Below, one piece after another: positions 48,244-57,642 of a stretch of 64,000 nucleotides of DNA. This stretch comes from a virus: IMG/VR virus record IMGVR_UViG_3300037483_001170, positions 1 to 64,000 of that record; one strand, written 5' to 3'. The notes beneath the pieces are model-generated. The model was not told the origin of the DNA and searched no databases. It worked only from the letters and a program-made list of their open reading frames with translations. The translations under genes were made by a program, and so were the position numbers. Positions within the stretch are counted from its first letter, which is position 1, and each line of letters opens with the position of its first letter.

Positions 48244-49385
48244 CAGACCGTCTCGTACACGTACGTGCCGCGCTCGCCGGTACGCGTCAGCTTGCCGGCC
48301 TTCACCAGGTTGTAGACCGTCTGCATGACGACGTCCTGATCGATGTGCGAGAGCTTCGCGATGAGAGCGCCCATCTTCATCGGCGATCGGCACGCGTCGA
48401 GCACGGCGCCGACGCGAGAGCCAGGCGGCGCGATCTTCTTGGCCTTCTTGGTACCGGACTTCAGCGACACACCCTCGCGGGACGCTTCGGACTCGATCGC
48501 GCGATCCAGCTGCGCGCGCGCTGCCACGGCCGCCGCCTTCGCCTTGACCGGCTTGGCCGACGCCTTCGGAAGCGTGTAGAGGTACTGGTAGCGCGCACCC
48601 GTGCGCACCAGCCTGCCCGTGCGCACCAGTTCGCTGACCGCTGCGTTCACCGTGCTCTCCGTCGCCGCCGCGCCGACGCGTGCGCGAACGGCACCCATGT
48701 TCATCGGAACGTCGCCACACGCAGCCAGTATGGCGTCGCGCGCGGTCATCGGCGCCGGCAGCACGTTCACGACGGCTGACGCCGTCGACTCGCTCGGCAG
48801 CGCGTAGAGGTACTTGCCAGACGAGCCGGTGCGCACCAGCAGCTTGGCCTTCACGAGCGCCAAGATCGCCGGTCGCACCGAGTTGTCGTCAGCGTCGATG
48901 CGCATGCGCTGACGAAGCTCGGTCGTCCCGATACCGACTGCGCGCCCGGCTGCGCGCACCGCCAGCAACACCTTCTCGCGCATGGTGCCCGGCGCAGCGA
49001 TCACGCGCTCACGCACAGCGTTCGGCGCCTTCGTGGTCTCGGCCCCCTTGACGCTCTTCGTTACCAGCATCTTCGCGGCCGTGGCCGTGAGCTGAGCCTC
49101 GGGCGTGCCGATCTGCATCGAGCCGAAGTGGCTGGTCAGCACACTGATCGCGTCGTCGAGGATCGCGATGCCATCCACGAGCCGCTGCCGCTCCTCTTCC
49201 GTCGACACCACCGACGCTCGCAGCTCGTACAGACGCGCATCGCGTTCGCCGAGTAGCGCAGCTCGCTTCGAGCGCTCGCCCTGCATCTCGCCCAGAGCCT
49301 TCCGCGCCTGCGCGATGTGCTCGCCCATGGTGTGAGCGAGCTGTTGCGCCATCTTCGTCACGTCCACCGTCTTCGCTGTCGTCAT
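48243..49385 (-). CDS. Coiled-coil protein with three tandem winged-helix repeats
   Basis: LVKAKLLVRTG..YLY / LVRTGRLVRTG..YLY / LVKAGKLTRTG..YVY. Confidence 0.7.
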   Translation of the reverse strand: MTTAKTVDVTKMAQQLAHTMGEHIAQARKALGEMQGERSKRAALLGERDARLYELRASVVSTEEERQRLVDGIAILDDAISVLTSHFGSMQIGTPEAQLTATAAKMLVTKSVKGAETTKAPNAVRERVIAAPGTMREKVLLAVRAAGRAVGIGTTELRQRMRIDADDNSVRPAILALVKAKLLVRTGSSGKYLYALPSESTASAVVNVLPAPMTARDAILAACGDVPMNMGAVRARVGAAATESTVNAAVSELVRTGRLVRTGARYQYLYTLPKASAKPVKAKAAAVAARAQLDRAIESEASREGVSLKSGTKKAKKIAPPGSRVGAVLDACRSPMKMGALIAKLSHIDQDVVMQTVYNLVKAGKLTRTGERGTYVYETV

Positions 49386-49450
49386 CTTCCCAGTCTTTCT
49401 TTTCTTCTGCCCAGATCTGCCCAGAAGCGCGCCGTTCGGACGCGCCTCGC

Positions 49451-49744
49451 TTACCTGCCGTCCATCACACGGCGCCACTTGTCGAGTACGCGCTCGATCG
49501 CGTCTGGATCAGGCGTTGCCTGCTGGTCTGCCCAGGCCTCCAGCGCCTCCTGGAACACGTCCTGAAGCGCGAGCAGCGTATCGATACGCTCGCCGTTGAC
49601 CTTAGAGATCACGCGATCGATCGCTTCCAGCGCCCACTCTGCGTTGGCCGAACGATCCGCCTTACGAACGGTTTCCGCCGCCTCATCGTCGAGAAGAGCC
49701 GCACGCACACGCGCCCTGTACTGCCCCCGAGTCGCTGCGCTCAC
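49451..49744 (-). CDS. Hypothetical protein
   Basis: GTGA overlap. Confidence 0.6.
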   Translation of the reverse strand: MSAATRGQYRARVRAALLDDEAAETVRKADRSANAEWALEAIDRVISKVNGERIDTLLALQDVFQEALEAWADQQATPDPDAIERVLDKWRRVMDGR

Positions 49745-50037
49745 GAAAGCCCCCACGTCGCCTCACGCGCCGAGACCGCCGAGTCGTGGATCACCTGCTG
49801 CGAGAGGCCATCGAGACCCGCCTCGAACATCGCGCGCAGCTCCGGATGATCACGCAACGCATCGGCCCGCGCGTGGCTCGGCCCTTCGAACAAAAGGGCG
49901 CAGATCTCACGCGCGACCTCCGCACGACGCTGATCGTCGCTGAGTCGGCGAAAACCGACGCCCCATCGCGTCGCCGCGCGAATCGCGCACTTGCGGCCAA
50001 CCGTTCGAAGCAGGTCGTGCGTATGTTCGGTGAGCAT
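49741..50037 (-). CDS. Hypothetical protein
   Basis: Start set from the P5 SD. Confidence 0.65.
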   Translation of the reverse strand: MLTEHTHDLLRTVGRKCAIRAATRWGVGFRRLSDDQRRAEVAREICALLFEGPSHARADALRDHPELRAMFEAGLDGLSQQVIHDSAVSAREATWGLS

Positions 50038-50111
50038 CTGAACGTTCCTTCCGGCCGGCATGGTCGCCAGCTCAACGAGCGTGATTCTAGTCAGCCATCG
50101 GTCGCTGTCAA
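50038..50111 (-). promoter_or_regulatory. Promoter + leader hairpin + SD (P5)
   Basis: TTGACA-16-TAGAAT; GCTGGC-GACCAT-GCCGGC; AAGGA. Confidence 0.8.
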
Positions 50112-50145
50112 GCGCCTAGCGCAACAAAGCGCAGCAACGTCCGAC

Positions 50146-50481
50146 CTAGCGCCAGAAATAGATCGTCGAGTAGTTGCCCCCGGTCTTGCTCGCGAAGTTC
50201 GCCGCCGCCAGGATCTCCGCCGCGTCGCAGCACTTTCCGACGTCGCGCGTGGCGATGATGTCAAGCAGCACGCGCTTGGCCGAGTCGTGCAGCCAGCCCC
50301 CGTCGTCGAAGAGCAGGCTGGCAGCGGGTGACCGCGGAACATCGCGGTACGGGTCGCCGAGCGTTGGGCAGTTGCCTCGCGCGTCGAACAGCTCCGCCAA
50401 CCTCTTCGCGTCGTCCACGGCCTTCTCCTCAGCTTCGTGCTCGGCCCACTCGCGATGATGCCGCTTCTCTCGGCGGCTCAC
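50146..50481 (-). CDS. Hypothetical protein
   Basis: GTGA overlap. Confidence 0.6.
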   Translation of the reverse strand: MSRREKRHHREWAEHEAEEKAVDDAKRLAELFDARGNCPTLGDPYRDVPRSPAASLLFDDGGWLHDSAKRVLLDIIATRDVGKCCDAAEILAAANFASKTGGNYSTIYFWR

Positions 50482-50777
50482 GACTTCGCCGCCCGCTCGC
50501 CCATCAGCGGCATCACCGCCGCAGCGAAGCCCGCGTCCGTGTGCGTCTCGCGCTTCCGGATGCAGTCGGCTTCCGCTTGCTCCAGCGTGTCGCCGCCGCC
50601 GAACGTCTCGTCGCGGCGTCCGTGGGGACCGCGCGCCTTCGGCCTCAGCGTACGAACGCTGACCGTCCACGACGAACCGTCGCGCATGACGCCGAAGCGA
50701 ACCTCTACGTCCTCCGCGTTGCAGCCGAACGCAGCGGCCACGCGCTTGACGGTGGCGATGAACTTCTGATCCTTCAT
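50478..50777 (-). CDS. Hypothetical protein
   Basis: First gene after P6. Confidence 0.7.
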   Translation of the reverse strand: MKDQKFIATVKRVAAAFGCNAEDVEVRFGVMRDGSSWTVSVRTLRPKARGPHGRRDETFGGGDTLEQAEADCIRKRETHTDAGFAAAVMPLMGERAAKS

Positions 50778-50846
50778 GACGCTCTCCCGAGCCAGCTTGT
50801 TGGCCGGCTTCCCAGCTCACACTAGCCATCGCCAGAACGGTGTCAA
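50778..50846 (-). promoter_or_regulatory. Promoter + leader hairpin + SD (P6)
   Basis: TTGACA-16-TAGTGT; GCCGGC-CAACAA-GCTGGC; GGGAG. Confidence 0.85.
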
Positions 50847-50847
50847 G

Positions 50848-51372
50848 CTACTTACGCTCTTCTGGTTTTCCGCAGAACAGGCAGTAGTCGTGACACGTGT
50901 CTTCGTCATCGTCGTAGACGCACTTCGGAAGGGGGTTCTCCGCAGCCGGGCACTCGTGATAGCCCACGAAAGGGTTCTCGATCGATGCAGTCAGCTTCTC
51001 GACCGCCCGTGCGCCCAGGAGTGCGTACTGCTTGCTGCGCGCCTCACGGAGCCTCTCGATCTGAGCATCGAGCTTCGCGATGCGCGCGAGAAGCGCCGCA
51101 GCCTCTGCCGACGGGACACGACGAACAGCCGGCTCGCCGCGTCGCACACGCCGACCCGACAGCATCTTGCCGATCTTCTTGGCCAGCTCAGCGTGCAGAT
51201 CCCGATCGAGCACATCGCCAAGGCTGAGGCCGCCCCGCCCAAACGTGCCACTCGTGCGCGTCGTCCACCGACCGTCCGACCTCACCTGCACCTTGACGAG
51301 CGCGGCGTCGTCATCGCAGCGCGACACGAGAGCCCGGTACTTCACACCATCGTGCTGAACCTGCGAAATCAT
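50848..51372 (-). CDS. Hypothetical protein with C-terminal Cys-rich domain
   Basis: Start set from the P7 SD; CLFCGKPEERK end. Confidence 0.7.
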   Translation of the reverse strand: MISQVQHDGVKYRALVSRCDDDAALVKVQVRSDGRWTTRTSGTFGRGGLSLGDVLDRDLHAELAKKIGKMLSGRRVRRGEPAVRRVPSAEAAALLARIAKLDAQIERLREARSKQYALLGARAVEKLTASIENPFVGYHECPAAENPLPKCVYDDDEDTCHDYCLFCGKPEERK

Positions 51373-51447
51373 GGTTTCCGCTCTCCTCTGAGCCAGCTTG
51401 TTGGCCGGCTTCAGCCAAGACAATAACACCTCCTCTCCGCGCGTCAA
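51373..51447 (-). promoter_or_regulatory. Promoter + leader hairpin + SD (P7)
   Basis: TTGACG-16-TATTGT; GCCGGC-CAACAA-GCTGGC; GAGGAG. Confidence 0.85.
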
Positions 51448-51556
51448 GCGTCAGACCACAACAGATCGCAGCACAGCCAAGACAGTATCCATGCCAGCGG
51501 CCGTCCACCTCATCGCCAATTTCATTACTAGCGGACGAGGCCGGCGCCTGGAGGGA

Positions 51557-51767
51557 GATTCCAGTAGTAGCCTGTAGGACAACGCGAAACCATTGGTTTT
51601 TTCTGCCATCGCCAGTTTCCGTGCCAGCCGGACAGGCCGAGCCCCAGCCCCTTCGGTGCTACCCGTGGTCGTCTGAAAACGGCGGGGCGTAGACGGGCGC
51701 TGGCGGGCGGCAATCCACGTGGTCACGTATGGTTATTCCAGAAGGCTCGATATACCTCTCTCTATGC
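51557..51767. repeat. 211-bp non-coding direct repeat, copy B
   Basis: Colinear with 8120-8330. Confidence 0.95.
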
Positions 51768-51796
51768 ACGAAACAGCATCTTGTTGGACCCCGCGC

Positions 51797-51869
51797 TTGA
51801 CACCGGTCTAACCATCGCTAGAGTCGTGGGGTGAGCCAGCAAACACGCTGGCCGGACGGAAAGAGATAG
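51797..51869 (+). promoter_or_regulatory. Promoter + leader hairpin (P8)
   Basis: TTGACA-16-TAGAGT; GCCAGC-AAACAC-GCTGGC. Confidence 0.85.
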
Positions 51870-52295
51870 ATGGCACAGTTCACCACGATCCAGTTCCGCA
51901 ACCGCTTGGGCGGCATCGAGTATCCGGGCTCGCGCGAGGAAGCGACCTTCCGCGGACCGGACCAGCACCGTGATGCCAGCGACGTGCTCGACCGGCTCGT
52001 TGCGTCTGACCCCGAGACGTGGGCAGATGCTGGTCTGACGCTCGTGACGCACGAGATCGACGATGCGGCGATCGCGACCGGCGCCGACGCACCGCTGCAT
52101 CCCGGGCACGCGGTCCTTCGCGTTCTGATCCCCGACACCGCCGCGAGACGCGCCTTCGTACAGAAGGCGTGTTCGGTTGCCGAGTGGTACCCGCCGCACC
52201 TCATCGCTGCCGTGGCCGAAGCGAACGGCCGCAAGCCGGTGAACGTGAGCCCCGAAGACGCGCGATCGGTGCGCGCCTTCATCGAAAGCATCTGA
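51870..52295 (+). CDS. Hypothetical protein
   Basis: First gene after P8. Confidence 0.75.
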   Translation: MAQFTTIQFRNRLGGIEYPGSREEATFRGPDQHRDASDVLDRLVASDPETWADAGLTLVTHEIDDAAIATGADAPLHPGHAVLRVLIPDTAARRAFVQKACSVAEWYPPHLIAAVAEANGRKPVNVSPEDARSVRAFIESI

Positions 52296-52305
52296 GGAGA
52301 GTCTC

Positions 52306-52629
52306 ATGCACAACAACACGGACGAAGACAAGATCGCGTACCTCATCGTGAGCGAACCCGGCGGTGTGGACGGCCGCGATTCCGCGGACAAGGGCGGGCA
52401 CATCCACACGGCGACGTTCGACAAGACCACGGCCGAAGCGCTGCACAAGAAGCTCGGACCGGGCTGGTACCGCATCGACACGAAGATCGTCGTCGGCGTG
52501 GCCAAGTCGCGCGAGACCGCGATCAAGAAGCTCAGCGCGCTCGACCGGCTGCTCATCCTCGGCGAGAAGATCACCACGACCCGTCGCGCGGTTCGGGAGC
52601 GGGACCATTCGGAAGGGAACCGCGGCTGA
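52306..52629 (+). CDS. Hypothetical protein
   Basis: GAGGAG SD. Confidence 0.75.
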   Translation: MHNNTDEDKIAYLIVSEPGGVDGRDSADKGGHIHTATFDKTTAEALHKKLGPGWYRIDTKIVVGVAKSRETAIKKLSALDRLLILGEKITTTRRAVRERDHSEGNRG

Positions 52630-52634
52630 CGCCC

Positions 52635-52838
52635 ATGGCACACAACGAAGCGGACGACTACCGTCGAGCCGCCGCGCACTACCGGGCGTGGACGCGTGTC
52701 GACGGTCTGCACAGCGACGAGCACTACAGCCTGGTCATGACCATCGAGGAGATGGTGAAGATGGCCAAGCAGTGCGAGCGTCGCGATACTGCAACGGAAC
52801 GGTTTCTTGCCGGCGAAGACGAAAGCGAGGCTCCATGA
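52635..52838 (+). CDS. Small hypothetical protein
   Basis: Coupled ORF. Confidence 0.6.
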   Translation: MAHNEADDYRRAAAHYRAWTRVDGLHSDEHYSLVMTIEEMVKMAKQCERRDTATERFLAGEDESEAP

Positions 52839-53254
52839 ACAAGACCGCAGAAACGACCGTCCCCGACTCCGACGACCTTGCGTGCTGGGCACGCCCTGGC
52901 GTTGGCGCGTCGCCGTTCATCATGCTCATCAAGCGTCTGCGAGAGACGCGTGGACTCGGACTGCTCGACGCGAAAGTCCTGGTCGAAGCCTGGCAGCAGT
53001 CGGGGGCATTGCCGTTCCGAACGGACGTGCCCGCCGTACCGACGCACGTCCAGCTTCTGACCGGTCACCAAGTGCTCTGCAAGCTGGTGTCAAACACGGC
53101 CAAGCGCCGAGACGTCATCCGCATCGGCTGCGACGACCTGCTCTCCGGCGTGTGGAGCGCTTACCATCTGAAGTGTGCGTCGAAAGCGTGCATCGGCCGA
53201 GAGCCGACCGTCGGTGAGATCGCCGCCGTACGCGCGTTCTTCGAATCGCTCTGA
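52835..53254 (+). CDS. Protein with ribosomal L7/L12 CTD-like motif
   Basis: IKRLRETRGLGLLDAKVLVE. Confidence 0.6.
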   Translation: MNKTAETTVPDSDDLACWARPGVGASPFIMLIKRLRETRGLGLLDAKVLVEAWQQSGALPFRTDVPAVPTHVQLLTGHQVLCKLVSNTAKRRDVIRIGCDDLLSGVWSAYHLKCASKACIGREPTVGEIAAVRAFFESL

Positions 53255-53264
53255 CGGGAACCGC

Positions 53265-53335
53265 TTGACAGCGCTTCGGTCGTAGCTAGAGTGTTCTTCG
53301 TGAGTCGCCCAACACGGCGGCCGGAGGGTGAGCGG
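53265..53335 (+). promoter_or_regulatory. Promoter + leader hairpin + SD (P9)
   Basis: TTGACA-16-TAGAGT; GTCGCC-CAACAC-GGCGGC; GGAGG. Confidence 0.85.
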
Positions 53336-53626
53336 ATGGCGAAGACGACGCACGAACAGGACATCGCGTGGCTCTGCGTCCAGGATGCCATGAAAGTGCT
53401 CGGAACGGGCTGGAACCACGTCAGCGACGACGTTCGCTGGGGTCTGGTCGCGTCGGAGATTCTCAGCGTCGTCGTCGGACAGTCGGCGCTGACCGACGAC
53501 GAGTACGCCACTGACAAGCGCCTCGGCGGCGTCGCGCTCTACACGCGAGAGCTGTGGCGCGTCGGCATGGCCATCAAGGACAACGGCTGGAAGCGTCCGT
53601 GGGCGGTCAAGGCGGTGAAGTCGTGA
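53336..53626 (+). CDS. Hypothetical protein
   Basis: Start set from P9. Confidence 0.7.
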   Translation: MAKTTHEQDIAWLCVQDAMKVLGTGWNHVSDDVRWGLVASEILSVVVGQSALTDDEYATDKRLGGVALYTRELWRVGMAIKDNGWKRPWAVKAVKS

Positions 53627-54573
53627 CGCTGCGTGGAACGTGCCCGGCGTGCTTCCGGGACATGCCGGTCGGTCAGGTCGTCGCAGGCCCCGTGATGACG
53701 CGCCACGGCTGGCAGGAACAGGGCGGTCGCCAGGTCGGCGTGTACGGCCAGGCGTGGCATGCGGGTCAGTGCTTCGGCGTCGGCTGGACGCCGTTCGAAC
53801 TCAGCACAGCGGGCACCGTCGCGTTCATCACGCAGGTTCTCTTCCCGCGTGCTCTCACACAGGAGAACGCACTCGCGCATCTCGCGACGCGGCCCCCGCT
53901 CATCATCGACTTCGAGAACGAGGGCTATCTCCCGGGCTCGTCGCTGGTCGGAAAGTCGCGGGAGAAGTACAAGGCGCCGTACCAGGCCCGACTCGTGGAC
54001 GGCTTCCCGGGCGCACCGCGCACGACCCTCTACGTCGGCAACGAGAGCATCTACCTCGTCGGCCTTTCGTCGTACCAGGATGCGCTTCAGAGCGAGATCG
54101 ACCAGCATCGGGCTCTGCTCGGCTCGTTACGGCGCGAAGCGCTCGACTGCTTCGCCGCCATCTCCACGTGGAAGCTCGGGGAGCTTCGCGACGAAGAGCG
54201 CGTTCCGACGCGGCACTACAAGAACGAGGGCGCGCGGGTGCCGTTCTGCGGCTCACGGAGCCACGGCATCTTCTCGACCGACGACGAGTCCATCGTGACG
54301 TGTTCACGGTGCAAGAAGGCGCTCGATGCGGACAAGGCCCTAGCCGCCAAGAACGCGCAGGTGCGAGCGGACAGCGCCGCGCTCACCGAGTGGCTCACGA
54401 AGCTCGGCAAGCACGCCAAGATCGCCGAGATCAAGAAGGGACTCGGATGGGACACCAAGCGCATCAACGCGGCGTTCGACGTGGCGCGGCGCGCGAAGAA
54501 GGCGGATCACACCTTCTGGCTCGGCAACGCAACGGGGACGTGGTACTTCGCGCCGCCGCTGGTGCGAACGTGA
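53623..54573 (+). CDS. Hypothetical protein (Zn-binding, C-terminal wHTH-like)
   Basis: GTCPAC..HGW...CFG. Confidence 0.7.
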   Translation: MTLRGTCPACFRDMPVGQVVAGPVMTRHGWQEQGGRQVGVYGQAWHAGQCFGVGWTPFELSTAGTVAFITQVLFPRALTQENALAHLATRPPLIIDFENEGYLPGSSLVGKSREKYKAPYQARLVDGFPGAPRTTLYVGNESIYLVGLSSYQDALQSEIDQHRALLGSLRREALDCFAAISTWKLGELRDEERVPTRHYKNEGARVPFCGSRSHGIFSTDDESIVTCSRCKKALDADKALAAKNAQVRADSAALTEWLTKLGKHAKIAEIKKGLGWDTKRINAAFDVARRAKKADHTFWLGNATGTWYFAPPLVRT

Positions 54574-54583
54574 GGAGCGCGCG

Positions 54584-54796
54584 ATGAAGATCACGTCCGC
54601 AGACGAGAAGTACGTGCACATCATGCTCACCCAGTCGCCTGGGAAGCGGCGCGATCGCGCGATCGCAGAGCTGCTACGTCAGTCGGCCATCGCCATCGGC
54701 GAGGCGTGCGAATGCGGCTCGACGGACGTCGAGGAAGGCGCGCCGGGCCAGTACCGGTGCTGCGACTGCGACACGCGATGGGGACGGCACGAATGA
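54584..54796 (+). CDS. Small Zn-ribbon protein
   Basis: CECGS...CCDC; GAGGAG SD. Confidence 0.65.
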   Translation: MKITSADEKYVHIMLTQSPGKRRDRAIAELLRQSAIAIGEACECGSTDVEEGAPGQYRCCDCDTRWGRHE

Positions 54797-54999
54797 CCCA
54801 GAGCGCGAACAAGGCGCACCCCAAGCGCGTCGTCCTGACCGCGGCCGCGCTCGGCGCGATGAACTCCGCAGTCTCCGCTGCGCTTTCCGGCGAAGAGGGC
54901 GAAGGCGACTGCGCCGACGTCACGTTTGCCGACCTCGAACGTGCGCAGGACTGGATTCACGCCGAATACGCCAGGCGCGCGAAGAGGCGGCGCGTCTGA
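54793..54999 (+). CDS. Small hypothetical protein
   Basis: ATGA overlap. Confidence 0.6.
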   Translation: MTQSANKAHPKRVVLTAAALGAMNSAVSAALSGEEGEGDCADVTFADLERAQDWIHAEYARRAKRRRV

Positions 55000-55027
55000 C
55001 AGCGCTGCGCTTTGTTGCGTCCGCTGC

Positions 55028-55096
55028 TTGACAGCGTACTGGCACATCGCTAGGATGGATCGAGTGAGCCGGCAAACACGCTGGCCGAGGAGACGG
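55028..55096 (+). promoter_or_regulatory. Promoter + leader hairpin + SD (P10)
   Basis: TTGACA-17-TAGGAT; GCCGGC-AAACAC-GCTGGC; GAGGAG. Confidence 0.85.
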
Positions 55097-55444
55097 ATGA
55101 TGAGCAAGAACCGACGCGTGGTGGTCTACGACTTCTCCTGGGACGACCAGGGTGATCTGGGCCTGTGGGTCTTCGACGGGCGCGAGGAAGTGCTCGTGGA
55201 GGCCATGGAGCGCATCTCGACGGAGGTCGAAACGCGCTACAACCGTCTCGGAGAGCCCAGCGGCGAGTACACGCTCGTCTCGGGCAAGCTACCGGAGGGC
55301 GCTGGCGTGCTGCTCCCGGGCGCGGCGAAGCCCGTCTTCGGCGTGGCCGCGGAGAGCGCGTGGGATCGCCTCGTGCGCGCTTCGCATGAGGGCGCGATGG
55401 TCGATAACGGTCGCGGCGTCGGCGGCATCGAGAGGGCGTCGTGA
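55097..55444 (+). CDS. Hypothetical protein
   Basis: Start set from P10. Confidence 0.7.
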   Translation: MMSKNRRVVVYDFSWDDQGDLGLWVFDGREEVLVEAMERISTEVETRYNRLGEPSGEYTLVSGKLPEGAGVLLPGAAKPVFGVAAESAWDRLVRASHEGAMVDNGRGVGGIERAS

Positions 55445-55788
55445 GCAGCAACCTGGAAGACGTCGCCTGCTTCGTCGCCGTGCTCGCGCGCTACGCGCCG
55501 GCCGCGAAGCCTGCACAACTGATCGCGCGTGAGGCGCTCGCGATTCGCGATGATGCGGCTCGCCTGCACGCGCTCGCGGAGCACGAGTGCAACCGTGGGC
55601 TCACGGCGCAAGAGACCGCGCGCGAGCAGCGCATCCAGCAGCGTGTCGTCGCGGTGCTCGCCGAGTACGGGGTCACGCCCGACAACATCCGCTTCAACGG
55701 CGACCCGCGTGGGGCGGCGCTCAAGATTCGCTTCAAGAACGGCGAGACCCACGGCGACTTCGGCGGCGAAGGGCTCTGGTGCGTCTGA
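55441..55788 (+). CDS. Hypothetical phage protein
   Basis: E..CN...FNGDPRGA.LKI motif. Confidence 0.7.
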   Translation: MSSNLEDVACFVAVLARYAPAAKPAQLIAREALAIRDDAARLHALAEHECNRGLTAQETAREQRIQQRVVAVLAEYGVTPDNIRFNGDPRGAALKIRFKNGETHGDFGGEGLWCV

Positions 55789-56045
55789 TGAGCGACACAA
55801 CCCCCATCGCGCTCATCGAGCGCCTCGCGGCTCGCATGGGCGTCTCCAAGCACCGCATCAACCTGGACTTCCGCATCTACTCGGAAGAGGACGGCGGCCC
55901 CTCCTGGAGCATCTACGCGTCGATCCCGCAGAAGGACAAGCGCAAGGTCGACAGGACGCTGCACGCGGGCGGGCCGACGCTCGACGAAGCCGAGATCGAG
56001 ATGCTGGAGACGTTCAGGCGCATGCAAGAGCGCGGAGAAGCCTGA
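55788..56045 (+). CDS. Hypothetical protein
   Basis: TGATG coupling. Confidence 0.65.
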   Translation: MSDTTPIALIERLAARMGVSKHRINLDFRIYSEEDGGPSWSIYASIPQKDKRKVDRTLHAGGPTLDEAEIEMLETFRRMQERGEA

Positions 56046-56410
56046 TGGACAAGACGCCGAAGCCGATCGCGGCCGATCCGTATCTCAGCACCGATCGGAC
56101 CGTACGCCGCGCGCTCATCCTCGACCAGGCGCGCGGCACGACGCTGGATCTGATCTCGGGGACCGCGAAGTGGGTCCGCAGCAGATTTCGAGATCTGGAA
56201 CAGGATCTCCGCGAGATAGCCACCAGCGGCGCCGTCGATGCGAGCGATCTCATCCGCCAGCTGGCCTGCCTGCAAGGGCTGACGCATCAGCTCCACGCAC
56301 AGAACACGGCGATGCTCGTGCTCTACGATCTGGCCACCGAGTGGCCGGCGGACGTCGAAGTCACGGTGCCTGCGTACACGGACTTCGTCCCCACGGAGAA
56401 GTCCACTTGA
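56045..56410 (+). CDS. Hypothetical protein
   Basis: TGATG coupling. Confidence 0.65.
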   Translation: MDKTPKPIAADPYLSTDRTVRRALILDQARGTTLDLISGTAKWVRSRFRDLEQDLREIATSGAVDASDLIRQLACLQGLTHQLHAQNTAMLVLYDLATEWPADVEVTVPAYTDFVPTEKST

Positions 56411-56820
56411 GCGACTTCTACGAGAAGCGGGCCGCCGAGTACGAGAAGCGGTGGCAGGACGAGATCGCCGCCGGCAAGATCGTGCGCGCGGAGCGCGACG
56501 AGGCTCGACGCCTGCTGCGGCTCGCCGAGGCGACGCGCATGGAGGTCGACCGTGTTCACGCCGAGGCCGGCGCGCCGTACGGAACGCCAGCCGACACGCG
56601 CGAGCTGGTGAAGCGTGTCATCGCATCGTGCGACGGCGACGGGCACACTTCGGTTCCGCAGACGTTCTGGGTGCTCAAGCACCAGAGCGGCCTGTACATG
56701 AGGGACGGGCAAGGAGGCCCCGTCAGCAAGCCGCTCGATGCTGCGGCGTTTCACGTCAAGCCCGTCGCTCCCAGCGACTACAAGGTCATGCGCGTCTGCG
56801 TCTACGAAGAGGAGGACTGA
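56407..56820 (+). CDS. Hypothetical protein
   Basis: TTGA overlap; SD. Confidence 0.6.
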   Translation: MSDFYEKRAAEYEKRWQDEIAAGKIVRAERDEARRLLRLAEATRMEVDRVHAEAGAPYGTPADTRELVKRVIASCDGDGHTSVPQTFWVLKHQSGLYMRDGQGGPVSKPLDAAAFHVKPVAPSDYKVMRVCVYEEED

Positions 56821-56967
56821 CGTGCACTTCTGCACCGACGAAGCGCTCGCGCTCGCTGCGGCCGTGCCGATCATCGGCTTCGCGCTCCGTATGGGGCTCA
56901 CGAGCCTGATCGGGCTCTACCGCCAGGCACGCACGCGGGTCACGCAGTTCCTAAACGGGAGAGACTG

Positions 56968-57642
56968 ATGAGCTACACCATCAATCACTGGATCCTCATC
57001 AACGGCGGCATCGAGGAGGTTGCCTGGGCACACACCCTGGCCACGCAGATCTTCCCGCCCGAGCAGGTCTCGGCCGTCCTACGCGCGGCCATCAACTACG
57101 GAGGCTACCTCAGCGTCGCACCAGACGGCAGCAAGGAGGGCTGGGACGTCTCGGACGATTTCGATCGGCGCCGAGCCGAGTTCATGGCCTCACTGCTCGT
57201 CGGCCGGCTGCTACATGACCATGTCATGTCGTGGACCGTCTTCGGGCTCGGTGAAGACGGCGAGGGGCCATCGATCATGGAGTACCACGACCCCCTGTTC
57301 TACGCGCTGCTCGAAGGCGAGCCCGTTCACGAGTACCACAACCTGACGCTCGCCCACGCGCTCACGCCTCTCGACATCCTCGTACCCGGACGGGAAAACG
57401 AGCGATGGCGCGGGTGCGTCAAGGCGCGGGTGGCCGCGATGTCAGACGCGGCCACAGGTCTAGTCGAGATCGTCTCGGCCGAAACAATGGTGCTAGCCAA
57501 GCTGCTCGATGCTCCCGACAAGTACGGAGCCATCGGCACGCCCGACAAGCTCAGCACGGGTGCGCGCGCGTTCTACGACGAACTCCTCGCCGATGCGCAT
57601 CACGCCTTTCCCGGCGCTCACGCGAGCGTCCGATTCCGATGA
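56968..57642 (+). CDS. Hypothetical protein
   Basis: APDGSKEGW..SD motif; TGATG coupling. Confidence 0.75.
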   Translation: MSYTINHWILINGGIEEVAWAHTLATQIFPPEQVSAVLRAAINYGGYLSVAPDGSKEGWDVSDDFDRRRAEFMASLLVGRLLHDHVMSWTVFGLGEDGEGPSIMEYHDPLFYALLEGEPVHEYHNLTLAHALTPLDILVPGRENERWRGCVKARVAAMSDAATGLVEIVSAETMVLAKLLDAPDKYGAIGTPDKLSTGARAFYDELLADAHHAFPGAHASVRFR

